Shown one piece after another: positions 1 through 8,941 of a DNA stretch of 64,000 nt. The stretch is from a virus (Duplodnaviria > Caudoviricetes). Each line of letters starts with the position of its first letter. Positions within the stretch are counted from its first letter, which is position 1. The notes under the pieces were generated by a model. That model saw only the letters and a program-made list of their open reading frames with translations. It was not told the origin of the DNA and ran no database searches. The DNA lies in IMG/VR virus record IMGVR_UViG_3300032303_001222, positions 1,309-65,308 of that record; one strand, written 5' to 3'. A program made the position numbers and the translations under genes.

Positions 1-1820
1 TGATTCTGTTGCAGAGCCTGCAAGAAACGATTTGCGTCTTCCAAGTGAACTTTGGCGTGGACTGCGTGGTTTTCACCAGGATTTACGCTTACGCCACGGC
101 CACCTTGCATCGCATCGTTTTCAAGTTCCGCAATTTTGGCATCAATCGGAATGCGTTCTACTTCCCCCTTAGGTAGGTATCGATCGACCTGATCGTAACC
201 AACTCTTGCGGCTACCCTGTCACGAATAAGATTTCTCTGACCCACCTCGTCAAACCTCGGCATAATCGCCATAAATTCGTTAAAGGCCAGCATACGGGCT
301 CCGGGGCTTCCAGCCCCAATCGCTCGAACGGCTTGAACACGGTACACCTTCTGAACTGCCTTCCAAGGCACACCACGAGCTTCAATTCTCTTGCGGAAAG
401 CGATAGCCTCTTCGCCACCTGGCTCGTCAGAACGATAATTGACAGTAGCCAGACGTCGGAACTGCTCGGCGAGGAGCTTTTGGAAAGGGATATAATAAAG
501 GTTCATTGCCTGAGCTGACAGAAGCGATTGCTGTGCAAGTTGAGCTTGAACTTCGGTTGCAGTTCGAGCATCCCCGTCGGGCATAACCTGCTTAGGATTA
601 TAAGTGCCAGTATTATTTTGACGGACAACTTCGAGATCTCGGACAATCGGAAGAACATTGCCAGCCAGATTAGGCATAGTTTTATCAACAACATTAATGC
701 CGGGAGGCAGAATCGAGAGCGGACCATTGTACATCAACGAAAGATTGCTGACGTCTTCACCAGTAGCTGGCTGGATCATCAAAGCGGAAGAGAGCATAGC
801 TCCATCGACAATTGCATTGCGCATACGATTGGAGAGCTGGACAAATGGGAACAGCTTGTAACCCAAACCTCTCACACTATGAAGAAGACCATTCGTGCCA
901 ACCCCATAGGAGAACAATACAAAAGCCTCATTTGCGTGTTGGAATCGACTTGGCTTCTTGAATAGAAAATCATCAGTATCTCCAGCCCGAGTACCAATGT
1001 AGTGGGAGATCGTCCCATCAAATTCTTTGACGAAATAATGGACGCACCGAACAATTTTGGAACGTGCGAAAGAGTACATTAGATCATTATTTTTAAGTTC
1101 CTCCTGGAGTCGCTCCCAATCCCGGGAGTTGGAGGCCGTGCCGTTGTCCGTGGATAACAGGATGGCCTTGCGGGTTTCTTCTACGTTCCAGCCAAGTTCA
1201 GCAGCGATCTTTGGGTTCTCAATAAACTGGTACAACTCCCCAACCAAGTAATGGCGCTCAATTGTAGCTACCTCGACCTTGGTGTCGCAGGCGGGTGTTC
1301 CGCGTGGAACTTTAAAGTCTTTGAGCCCGCACACGCTCCACTTCCAACTGCGGTTATCCTCGAAATAAGCAACACCAACACCTTGTGAAACGAACTGGTG
1401 CGACAGCATTTGTTGTTTATAGAAAAACTCGTCCCAATCCGTAATGGTTCGGTGGAATTCTTCCGCAATGATGTTTTCCCACTCGACCCTCTGAGCTGGA
1501 TCACCCTCGGATGTCTTTACCGAGGCCAACCTATCAACGGAATTAACTAAATCGGAATAAGCAGAAAGAGATGTTTCGAGAGCTGCGGCAGCCTCACCAA
1601 AGTTTAGATTCGCACGATATCCCTGCCCCAATGACTTTAACTGCTGGGGTGAATACGGCGGCTCTCCGTCGAGCATCGACTGAATCTTTTGACGATCAAT
1701 TGCCGAAGCGTCATCAGCATTGCGTATAGCCGTATATACAGCATGAGCGCTTTTGGCGTCCTTAATTCTTGTCCGAGGGGCTTTCCCAGAATCGGAGATC
1801 GTCTCGAGTTCGATAGACAC
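1..1820 (-). CDS. Portal (head-tail connector) protein, 3'-truncated at window edge
   Basis: Manual translation from GTG at 1820 (MSIELETISDSGKAPRTRIKDAKSAH...) is open to the window edge, about 606 codons. It contains the portal-type motif DARTATEVQAQ and lies directly downstream of the large terminase. It is absent from the ORF track because no stop falls in the window. Confidence 0.8.
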   Translation of the reverse strand, partial: MSIELETISDSGKAPRTRIKDAKSAHAVYTAIRNADDASAIDRQKIQSMLDGEPPYSPQQLKSLGQGYRANLNFGEAAAALETSLSAYSDLVNSVDRLASVKTSEGDPAQRVEWENIIAEEFHRTITDWDEFFYKQQMLSHQFVSQGVGVAYFEDNRSWKWSVCGLKDFKVPRGTPACDTKVEVATIERHYLVGELYQFIENPKIAAELGWNVEETRKAILLSTDNGTASNSRDWERLQEELKNNDLMYSFARSKIVRCVHYFVKEFDGTISHYIGTRAGDTDDFLFKKPSRFQHANEAFVLFSYGVGTNGLLHSVRGLGYKLFPFVQLSNRMRNAIVDGAMLSSALMIQPATGEDVSNLSLMYNGPLSILPPGINVVDKTMPNLAGNVLPIVRDLEVVRQNNTGTYNPKQVMPDGDARTATEVQAQLAQQSLLSAQAMNLYYIPFQKLLAEQFRRLATVNYRSDEPGGEEAIAFRKRIEARGVPWKAVQKVYRVQAVRAIGAGSPGARMLAFNEFMAIMPRFDEVGQRNLIRDRVAARVGYDQVDRYLPKGEVERIPIDAKIAELENDAMQGGRGVSVNPGENHAVHAKVHLEDANRFLQALQQN

Positions 1821-1829
1821 TATCCAGCT

Positions 1830-1856
1830 AGTCTAACATTGACGGATTTTCGTCAA
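1830..1856 (-). promoter_or_regulatory. Promoter for portal gene, TTGACG-N15-TAGACT
   Basis: Extended -10 (TGnTAGACT), 9 nt before the GTG. It overlaps the inverted repeat TTGACG-gatttt-CGTCAA (1839-1856). Confidence 0.55.
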
Positions 1857-1863
1857 GAGGTGT

Positions 1864-3594
1864 TTAAGCTCCAAGGATTTGACGATCCCCATACGAGCTT
1901 ACGTCTAATTTTATAGCCGATTTAAGCCATCCTTCTCCCCGATTCATAACGAGCTTTCCTCCGGCGTAGGCATTCAATCTCTGGCGACAGATGTCCAGCA
2001 TCAGGAACGCGGCATCCGCTAAGTCGGGAGACTTCCCCATTCGGGCTTTCATGTCCTTTTTAGGCTCCACCACCAACTTTCCGCCAGAAGCCGTGCTGTA
2101 TTTTCGAGCTGTAAGCTCCCTAGCGAGATCAGACGTTATTCCCTTGAGCTGCCCCGATCTCAAAAACTCTACACCAACGTACCAGAGTTCAGTAACTCGG
2201 TTTGTAAACTTCTCGTTAGCCTTCACAGGAGATACCCCGCTGGTGGGCATTGTTGTAGGCTTTTCTCCAAACTTGACCCGAAAGATCCTTGGCGACCACA
2301 TTTCGCTTAAAATGTCACAAAACGGGTCTCCAGCGCCCGTAGCGTCGACGGCAAGGTGTTCTGGCCTAACCCCCTCTTTTTCGCATATCTCACGCACCTG
2401 ACGGGCAATCTGGAAGTTTCTAGGTTCATTAGCTCTGGTGGAGTCTTCCCTGAGAAGGTGAGCCTTGCCAAAGGCTACGGCAGGCACTCCTACATTTGTC
2501 TTACCGTAGGATCCGATATAAAGGACACTTCGATCTCCCCCGTTGGTAAAGGCTGGGTCAAACCCCGCAACCTTGGTAGGAGACCCATCCCATATGGGTA
2601 GTGCCTCACCTTCGTATCTTCGGATATCGGCTTCTGAATAAATGTTCTGTTCTGCCCCAATAGGCGACGGGAATGAGCGGATAAATCGCCAGTAGGACAA
2701 AGAGTTCTCTCCTTGATACTCCCGAGCCTCACGAAGCTGCTTGCTCGTGAGCAAGAATGGCCACTCGTCATCCGAGTCGAGGTTGGGGGTTCGCTCGCCA
2801 TCTAAGTGAATACACTTCCCTCGGGCGGTGTCCCACTCATCCATTTCAGCATTCACGCTGTTCCAAGTGTTGACGGGCGTTATGAACTGACCAAAAGGAT
2901 CGTATGCGGAGGCGAAGTTTCCAAGAGCGATACATTGGAAATAGGGGTTGGAGTCGAGGTTATGAATAGCCTCAAAGATGGCAGGCGATACGTCCGTGGC
3001 CTCGTCTACCAGCAAGAACACTCTTTTGTTCTTCAACCCGATCAGTTTCTCGGTGGCTTCCTTCTCTTTGTCCTTAGCCGAAGGGATAAGCGTAATTGAA
3101 GACCGATCGCTTCCAGCCTCCTCCATAATAAGTTTTCCCATCGAATCAACAATCTTACCGGGGAGTCCTGGGACTTGAATGTGTCTTTCTCGAATCACGC
3201 CCCACATACGTTTTCGGGCTTCTCGAACAGACGTAGTGGTGACTAAGACGAGTGTATTGAAGGGATCACACAGCCAATTCACTAAACCCCAAATACCAAT
3301 GCAGTGAGTTTTACTCGAGGATTTAGGACCTGAGATGCCTAAGTAATTATACGAACACGCGGCCTCAAATATTCTTTCCGCCCAGGGGTTCCATTGAAAC
3401 CCTCCTTTATTTTTTCGCTTATCGTAAGGCCAAAGTATCTCAACAACTCTTCGGAAATGCGCATATTTGCCCAAACCTCCACGCGCTGGAGAGAAGTTTT
3501 CGCGGAAGCCGATTAACTCGATAGTTAATTCAGTAGTTCCAGCAGGCCAAGTTCGTCCATATTTCTCAAAACTTTGACTCACACTCAATTGCAA
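1864..3594 (-). CDS. terL: Terminase large subunit
   Basis: N-terminal ATPase (deviant Walker A GPKSSSKT, Walker B FLLVDEA, coupling motif LGN) and C-terminal RNase H-like nuclease (AGFDPA, AVDATG, SPDLADA). True start is probably TTG 3588 or GTG 3582. Confidence 0.92.
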   Translation of the reverse strand: MQLSVSQSFEKYGRTWPAGTTELTIELIGFRENFSPARGGLGKYAHFRRVVEILWPYDKRKNKGGFQWNPWAERIFEAACSYNYLGISGPKSSSKTHCIGIWGLVNWLCDPFNTLVLVTTTSVREARKRMWGVIRERHIQVPGLPGKIVDSMGKLIMEEAGSDRSSITLIPSAKDKEKEATEKLIGLKNKRVFLLVDEATDVSPAIFEAIHNLDSNPYFQCIALGNFASAYDPFGQFITPVNTWNSVNAEMDEWDTARGKCIHLDGERTPNLDSDDEWPFLLTSKQLREAREYQGENSLSYWRFIRSFPSPIGAEQNIYSEADIRRYEGEALPIWDGSPTKVAGFDPAFTNGGDRSVLYIGSYGKTNVGVPAVAFGKAHLLREDSTRANEPRNFQIARQVREICEKEGVRPEHLAVDATGAGDPFCDILSEMWSPRIFRVKFGEKPTTMPTSGVSPVKANEKFTNRVTELWYVGVEFLRSGQLKGITSDLARELTARKYSTASGGKLVVEPKKDMKARMGKSPDLADAAFLMLDICRQRLNAYAGGKLVMNRGEGWLKSAIKLDVSSYGDRQILGA

Positions 3595-3621
3595 GTGTAA
3601 AATCCGTCAAGAAAACGTCAA
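3594..3621 (-). promoter_or_regulatory. Promoter for terL, TTGACG-N16-TACACT
   Basis: Sigma70-like hexamers just upstream of terL, with tandem TCTTGACG copies. Confidence 0.5.
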
Positions 3622-3841
3622 GAAATTTCAACCGATTTCTGTAATTAGCTATAGGATAGCTATTTCTACTTTTTGCCAATTGGGCTATGACCCCGCAAAC
3701 GTAAGTTCCTTATTTCCAACAATTTCCGATAACCCCTTCAATAAAAAGACCATACATAGGAAACCTCGGAAACGCAATCGGCAAAAATAGGCAAAGATTT
3801 CCGTTGCGTTGGTCAAGACTGTCAATACTATCTGTCAAGAA

Positions 3842-5062
3842 ATGAAACCCATCATTATCAAGAAGGGCTGGGCAGAAGTTCGCATCTACGAGTGCGAAGT
3901 TCGTGGCAAATATTTCACTTATTTCGTGTGCTGGCGAGTAGGAAAACAAAGAATGCGTCGCGGGCTGGCGTCTCTTGCAGAAGCCAAGCGAGAGGCAAAA
4001 GTAATCGTGGAGCAGTTGGCGGACGGATCCGCTATGCCAGCCGAAGGAATCACTATGCGGGATCTTCAATACTACCGAGCCTGCGAAACGATGCTTAACG
4101 GCGTCCCACTCGACCGGGCGGTAAAAGCCTATCTCCAAACCAATCCAGCAGAAACAAAGGAAATCCGTGTTCCCGCGCTCGTGGAAGAGTTCCTAGCCAA
4201 AAACGAAAGTTCACTAAACTCCAATTCTCAGAAGATCACAATGCGAGCTCTCTTGAGGCGGTTTGCTTCGAAAATGTCCAAGCCTATCTCTCTGGTAACC
4301 CCACACGATATCGACGAGTACCTTGCCGACCCTACCTACGCTCCTCGCACTAGGCACAATCAGCGTTCAGCAATTATCGTCCTGTTTAACTACGCCCGTA
4401 GAAAAGGCTATTTGTCCGACGAGCGTAAACACGCTGCCGAAAAATCAGAGGAGATTAAATTTAAAAAGCCACCCGTTGAGATTTACTCCGCAGAACAAGC
4501 GGAAGCTATGCTCACCTTGTGCGACAAGAACCTAGTCCCCTTCCTCGCAATTGGGTTGTTTGCGGGCATTCGTTCTGCCGAGCTGGCGCGCTTGAAGTGG
4601 GAAAACATCGACTGGGTTGGTGGCAATATCCGTCTTGACCGAGAAATCACTAAGACCAATCAAAGTCGGTTGGCTCCCCTTATGCCCAACCTTGCTGAAT
4701 GGCTAGCCCCCTATAAAGATCTTAAGGGAAACATTCTTGCTTCAACAAAATCACGTTATCCAACGACTTTAATTTCTCCTTGGCTGGCATCTCAGGAAAA
4801 CCCGAGACTGCCCTCTAAGTGGATCGACAATGGCATGAGGCATTCATTTGCTTCGTATCACCTCGCATACACCCAGAACGCTGCCCAAACTGCCCTCGCC
4901 TGCGGTCACTCCCCAGGGATGCTTTTGGGAACATATAAGACGATCACCGTAAATGGTGAGTCTTTAAATCAGGAGGTAGCCAAGAAATACTTTGAAATTC
5001 GACCAAAGGCGGTCGACAACGTTATTTCTATATCAAGCCATGGCAAATCAAAGAAAGCTTAA
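3842..5062 (+). CDS. int: Tyrosine recombinase / integrase
   Basis: Catalytic motifs GIRSAEL (R), KT (K), MRHSFASYH (xxRH), ACGHS (H) and a downstream Tyr. N-terminal arm-binding-like region. Promoter-like TTGCGT-N16-TACTAT at 3804-3831. Confidence 0.92.
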   Translation: MKPIIIKKGWAEVRIYECEVRGKYFTYFVCWRVGKQRMRRGLASLAEAKREAKVIVEQLADGSAMPAEGITMRDLQYYRACETMLNGVPLDRAVKAYLQTNPAETKEIRVPALVEEFLAKNESSLNSNSQKITMRALLRRFASKMSKPISLVTPHDIDEYLADPTYAPRTRHNQRSAIIVLFNYARRKGYLSDERKHAAEKSEEIKFKKPPVEIYSAEQAEAMLTLCDKNLVPFLAIGLFAGIRSAELARLKWENIDWVGGNIRLDREITKTNQSRLAPLMPNLAEWLAPYKDLKGNILASTKSRYPTTLISPWLASQENPRLPSKWIDNGMRHSFASYHLAYTQNAAQTALACGHSPGMLLGTYKTITVNGESLNQEVAKKYFEIRPKAVDNVISISSHGKSKKA

Positions 5063-5207
5063 CCAGACCACCGCGACATTCACTATTCCTAAACACTTGC
5101 TCGCTTGGGTTCAGCAAGAGGCAACCAAACGCGGACAATCCACATCAGAATATATTCGTCATCTGCTCTTGAAGCAGTGGGACGAAAAAAACCAGAATAA
5201 AAAGTAA
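5040..5207 (+). CDS. Ribbon-helix-helix (CopG/Arc-like) regulator 1
   Basis: 55 aa: beta strand ATFTI, helix KHLLAWVQQEATKRG, helix STSEYIRHLL. Overlaps the integrase 3' end. Confidence 0.7.
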   Translation: MANQRKLNQTTATFTIPKHLLAWVQQEATKRGQSTSEYIRHLLLKQWDEKNQNKK

Positions 5208-5208
5208 T

Positions 5209-5391
5209 TTAAGGCTGTAGCAGAAAAGCCAACAGAAGATCCGCGCCGTTAACAAAGTCCCATAGTATTTTTGTGATGAGCACCGAGAGGGTTGTGCCCC
5301 TCTTAGTCGCGAGTTTTTGAAGTTTTTGCTTAAGGCCATCAGTTCCCCAAAAACCGATATACTTCCTAGTGGGATGGCGCTTGTTGGGCAT
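5209..5391 (-). CDS. Ribbon-helix-helix regulator 2
   Basis: 60 aa: YIGFWG, DGLKQKLQKLATKRG, TLSVLITKIL. Shares ATKRG and the RHH spacing with regulator 1. Confidence 0.65.
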   Translation of the reverse strand: MPNKRHPTRKYIGFWGTDGLKQKLQKLATKRGTTLSVLITKILWDFVNGADLLLAFLLQP

Positions 5392-5435
5392 TCGGTTTGA
5401 TACCCAAAAGTTGGCATAAGCCAACATATATTACG

Positions 5436-5471
5436 GGTGTTTAACACCCCAAGTGGCTGGTGTTTAACACC
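5436..5471. promoter_or_regulatory. Tandem palindromic operators GGTGTT-T-AACACC x2
   Basis: Identical 13-bp palindromes at 5436-5448 and 5459-5471, in the divergent intergenic region. Confidence 0.7.
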
Positions 5472-5660
5472 TTATAAACGGCTTGTACTTGAACGCCTGT
5501 AATTGTAACCATTTAATTTGTGGACAAAATTAATACATTAATGCGAAACCCTAGTCTTCGTTTTATGACGGGGGTTTTTCGGAAAAATGAAATTCTTTTT
5601 ATTTAAAAAAGAAATCGCTGGACATATAAGTGCTGACGCTTACACCTAGCAGACTAATTT

Positions 5661-5966
5661 ATGAGACTCGTATTAGAAACCAAATCTGTTCGAGTCTTAA
5701 CCCTCCCCAGCGGGCACTTGGCGGTGGAACTTGAACCAGTAGACGAGTCGGGCTGGCCAAAAACTCTTCCACACGAATCCATTTACAGAATTCCAGATTT
5801 AATGAAACGTCTCGGCGTTTCTCGCAGATCCATTCAAAATTATTTCCGCAGGGCGGTAAATCCCCTGCCGCACTCCAAAGCGGGTGGACGCCCGCGAGTG
5901 ACCGAATCAGACCTCTCGGCTTGGCTGAGCCGGGAAAAAGTTAAGGAAAAAATTAGAATCTTATGA
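5661..5966 (+). CDS. Excisionase/AlpA-like HTH DNA-binding protein
   Basis: YRIPDLMKRLGVSRRSIQNYFRR...LPHSKAGGRPRVTESDLSAWL fits the Xis/HTH_17 pattern and lies near the integrase. Confidence 0.7.
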   Translation: MRLVLETKSVRVLTLPSGHLAVELEPVDESGWPKTLPHESIYRIPDLMKRLGVSRRSIQNYFRRAVNPLPHSKAGGRPRVTESDLSAWLSREKVKEKIRIL

Positions 5967-6421
5967 ACCATCCAAAAGAGTTCATTGCTATCGATCCGGG
6001 GAAATCGGGCGGGATAGCTTGGAAACTAGCCTACGGGGTACGCGCTATCAAAATGCCAGAAACTGAGCCAGATATCTGTGCGAGATTAAAAGAGATCTAT
6101 TATCACTTGGACAAGCCTACTTGTATCGTTGAGGAGGTGGGCGGGTACATTGGCCGTCCTCAACCAGGCTCTGCTATGTTCACCTTTGGGAGAAACTTTG
6201 GTTTCCTTCTGGGCACACTTACTTGCCTTGGCGCGAGGATAGTTCTTGTTCGGCCACAGAAATGGCAGGGGTTCCTTGGTCTAGGAAAATCTGAAGGTGA
6301 TAAGACGAAGTGGAAGAATAAGCTAAAATCCAAAGCTCAGAACTTATTCCCTAGTCTTGACGTAACTTTGTCAACGGCTGATGCGTTACTACTTCTTGAG
6401 TATGGAGTTAAAACTGAGTGA
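5963..6421 (+). CDS. RuvC-like Holliday junction resolvase
   Basis: FIAIDPGKSGG, IVEEV, FTFGRNFG, PQKWQ and ADALLL match phage RuvC-like resolvases. Confidence 0.8.
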   Translation: MNHPKEFIAIDPGKSGGIAWKLAYGVRAIKMPETEPDICARLKEIYYHLDKPTCIVEEVGGYIGRPQPGSAMFTFGRNFGFLLGTLTCLGARIVLVRPQKWQGFLGLGKSEGDKTKWKNKLKSKAQNLFPSLDVTLSTADALLLLEYGVKTE

Positions 6422-7686
6422 ACTTCGAACTCTACCCTTGGCAAACGGAATCCGCTGAAAAGATCCTATCTTCGTTGCGGGAGAACCATATTGCTGCGGA
6501 TTGGAGTGACACAGGGACGGGTAAAACAGCTAAAGCCGTGTGGGTGGCTAAACAGCTAGGTAAGCCTTTCGCTATCATCTGCCCCAAGGGCGTGATTCCC
6601 GCGTGGAAAGAATGGTGCGAGAGGGCTGGGGTTTCACCTATTTTTATTTTGAACTACGAGAAACTCAGAACTGGCTCAACAATCTACGGAGATTTTGTAA
6701 GCGGAAGCTGGGTCTGGGCAAGCCTACCCCACGATGCGTTTTTAATCTGGGACGAAGTCCATAAGTGTAAGGGGCCAAACTCTCTAAATGGGAAGATGCT
6801 CATCCAGTCTAAGCAATTCTACACCCTTCTCCTATCTGCTACATTCGCCTCAAACCCCATGGACATGAAGGCCAGCGGGTTTCTGCTGGGCCTCCACAAG
6901 TATACCGATTTCTTCCCATGGCTTCTTAAAAATGGAGTTAAGAAAGCCCCTTGGGGTTCCTTTGCCTATTTCGGTGGGAAGTCCAAGCTGACTGCAATTC
7001 ACGAATCTATTCTGCCTAAAAGCACACGAATTCGTGTTTCAGAGCTGGGCGACGCCTTCCCAGACAACGAAGTACAATGCCAAGCGTTCGACTGCGGAGA
7101 TTCCGATGCAATTTGGATGAGCTTACAGAAGCGTCTTGCGGAAATTGAGAACAGCCGTGCTAGCGACAAGCCAAGCCCTATGACGGAAATCCTCCGGGCG
7201 AGGCAAGAAGCCGAAATGCTTCGACTCCCAATTATCAATGAAATGGCAAACGACTTAGTCGATGAAGGACGAAGCGTAGTTATTTTTTGTAATTTCAGAA
7301 ATTCTCTTGACGAATTATGTCTAGAGCCTAGCAAAGACCGAATGATAATTTACGGAGGACAAAGTGCGGAGGAAAGACAGGAGGCAATTGAGAGTTTTCA
7401 AAGCAACGAGTGCAAGGTTTTGGTTTGCCAAATTCAAGCTGGGGGCGTCGGGCTTTCCCTTCACGATTTAAATGGTCGTCCTCGTAGTTCCCTTATTTGT
7501 CCTACGTACTCTGCTATTGATTTAAAACAAGCCCTTGGGCGTATCCACCGGGCTGGGTCACTTTCGAAAGCAATCCAGAAGATTGTTTTTGCAGCGGGAT
7601 CGATCGAAGAAAAAGTAATGCGTCGTGTTCGGTCGAAACTCAAAGACATCGAAACCCTAAACGACGGAGATATGGAGATCGCATGA
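6418..7686 (+). CDS. SF2 (SNF2-like) DNA helicase
   Basis: DTGTGKT (I), WDEVHK (II), LSAT (III), GGVGLSLH (V), QALGRIHR (VI). Confidence 0.88.
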   Translation: MNFELYPWQTESAEKILSSLRENHIAADWSDTGTGKTAKAVWVAKQLGKPFAIICPKGVIPAWKEWCERAGVSPIFILNYEKLRTGSTIYGDFVSGSWVWASLPHDAFLIWDEVHKCKGPNSLNGKMLIQSKQFYTLLLSATFASNPMDMKASGFLLGLHKYTDFFPWLLKNGVKKAPWGSFAYFGGKSKLTAIHESILPKSTRIRVSELGDAFPDNEVQCQAFDCGDSDAIWMSLQKRLAEIENSRASDKPSPMTEILRARQEAEMLRLPIINEMANDLVDEGRSVVIFCNFRNSLDELCLEPSKDRMIIYGGQSAEERQEAIESFQSNECKVLVCQIQAGGVGLSLHDLNGRPRSSLICPTYSAIDLKQALGRIHRAGSLSKAIQKIVFAAGSIEEKVMRRVRSKLKDIETLNDGDMEIA

Positions 7687-7856
7687 AAGCTGAAGAAATT
7701 AATGATGGGTTGGCAACTATTGCTGGAAAGTTTTACACGCTTTCCCAGCAATACATCCACTCGGGAATGACCGCGGCAAAGATGCAGAAGTGGGAAGAAG
7801 AGTTGGATTCGGTGGCTACGGAGTACGAAACACTCCGAGAACAGGCGGGAGAATGA
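7683..7856 (+). CDS. Hypothetical protein, 57 aa
   Basis: ORF MKAEEINDGL...EQAGE with ATGA couplings on both sides. Confidence 0.55.
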   Translation: MKAEEINDGLATIAGKFYTLSQQYIHSGMTAAKMQKWEEELDSVATEYETLREQAGE

Positions 7857-8095
7857 GCGACCACCACAAGTTTTCACCATCGCAGTTGATGTACCGAGAA
7901 GCTTGCCCAGGCTGGCAACCCGACGAAGGACCATCCTCTGTGGCGGCTACCGAAGGCACGATGATGCACAAGGCTTTAGAGACTGGAGATCACTCTGGCC
8001 TAACCGAAGAACAGAAGAAATGTGTGGATATGGTGCAAGAGCTTTTTGACACGCTTAAGGAGGAGCTATCCAATGACAATTTTAAAAGAGCTTAA
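7853..8095 (+). CDS. N-terminal part of a DUF2800/Cas4-like PD-(D/E)XK exonuclease
   Basis: HHKFSPSQL..REACPG...AATEGTMMH is the typical N-terminus of this family. Confidence 0.7.
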   Translation: MSDHHKFSPSQLMYREACPGWQPDEGPSSVAATEGTMMHKALETGDHSGLTEEQKKCVDMVQELFDTLKEELSNDNFKRA

Positions 8096-8936
8096 GCTAT
8101 CCATCCTAAACGGGCTAACCTTTGGGACAGCCGATCTGGTTATGGTTAAGGGAGATCGCGCTATCATCGGTGATGCAAAGTTTGGGTGGAACCCAGTTGA
8201 AGACGCGGAGACCAATTTACAGGGCTGGGCCTATGCCGTGGGGGTGTTTGAAAAGTACCCAGATGTTCAGATGGTTGATGTGGTCTTTGCCCAACCAAGG
8301 CTTAACAGCGTTAGCCGACACGCTTTCTTCCGTTCTGTTGATCTTGACAGATTAAAGGTAAGAGTTTCCACCGTAATCGCTCGGGCGAAGCACCAGCCAC
8401 CAGAGCTGAACCCAACGGAGTTTGCCTGCTTATACTGCGGAGCCAAAGCTACATGTACTGCCCTTCACAAGAAGGCTCTGATCATCTCCAACAAGTTCTC
8501 TCCCCTCACCCCCGACGGAGAGCTTATCGACCTCTATAACCCCGATCAGCTAGCTACGCCTGACCTTAGGGGTAAGGCCGAGATCCTTCGCAGGGTCTTG
8601 GAGCCTTGGTGCGAAAAGGTACGAAAAGAGAATGTTAAGTATGCACTTGAGTCTGGGACGGAAATCCCGGGGTTTGAGGTGGCGTCCAGAGCTGGTCGAA
8701 GAACAGTTACCGACCCCCAGCTCACTTACGAATTGGTTAAGGACAAGCTAACCCCCGAGGAGTTCGCGGCTGTTTGCGAAATCTCGGTTGCACAACTTCT
8801 GAAAGCGTACTCCTCGAAGGCACCGCGAGGTGCCAAGGAGAAACTTAAACAGGAGATAGAGGATAAACTCGACGAAGCAGGCGTTCTGCAAGGCGGCGGG
8901 GAGATCACCTATTTAAAACGAACAAAGGAAAAATAA
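8073..8936 (+). CDS. C-terminal part of a DUF2800/Cas4-like PD-(D/E)XK exonuclease
   Basis: FGTADLV...IGDAKFG...NLQGWAYA, with a later C-x-x-C-x5-C cluster. ATG at 8073 is preceded by AAGGAGGAG. Confidence 0.8.
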   Translation: MTILKELKLSILNGLTFGTADLVMVKGDRAIIGDAKFGWNPVEDAETNLQGWAYAVGVFEKYPDVQMVDVVFAQPRLNSVSRHAFFRSVDLDRLKVRVSTVIARAKHQPPELNPTEFACLYCGAKATCTALHKKALIISNKFSPLTPDGELIDLYNPDQLATPDLRGKAEILRRVLEPWCEKVRKENVKYALESGTEIPGFEVASRAGRRTVTDPQLTYELVKDKLTPEEFAAVCEISVAQLLKAYSSKAPRGAKEKLKQEIEDKLDEAGVLQGGGEITYLKRTKEK

Positions 8937-8941
8937 ATAAA

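Noticed and set aside
1-1860. No long ORF in the track, suggesting stop-codon recoding or a non-coding region
   Set aside because: A standard-code - strand frame from GTG 1820 is open to the window edge (portal). It is simply truncated.
3300-3340. Deviant TerL Walker A (GPKSSSKT) as a sign of inactivation
   Set aside because: Terminase Walker A motifs are often degenerate, and all other ATPase and nuclease motifs are intact.
3646-3662. TAGCTAT-AGG-ATAGCTA inverted repeat as an att core
   Set aside because: The 3-bp spacer is shorter than the 6-8-bp overlap typical of tyrosine recombinase cores.
7853-8936. Cas4-like gene as evidence of a CRISPR system
   Set aside because: No repeat-spacer array or other cas genes seen. 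These nucleases are standard in phage replication modules.
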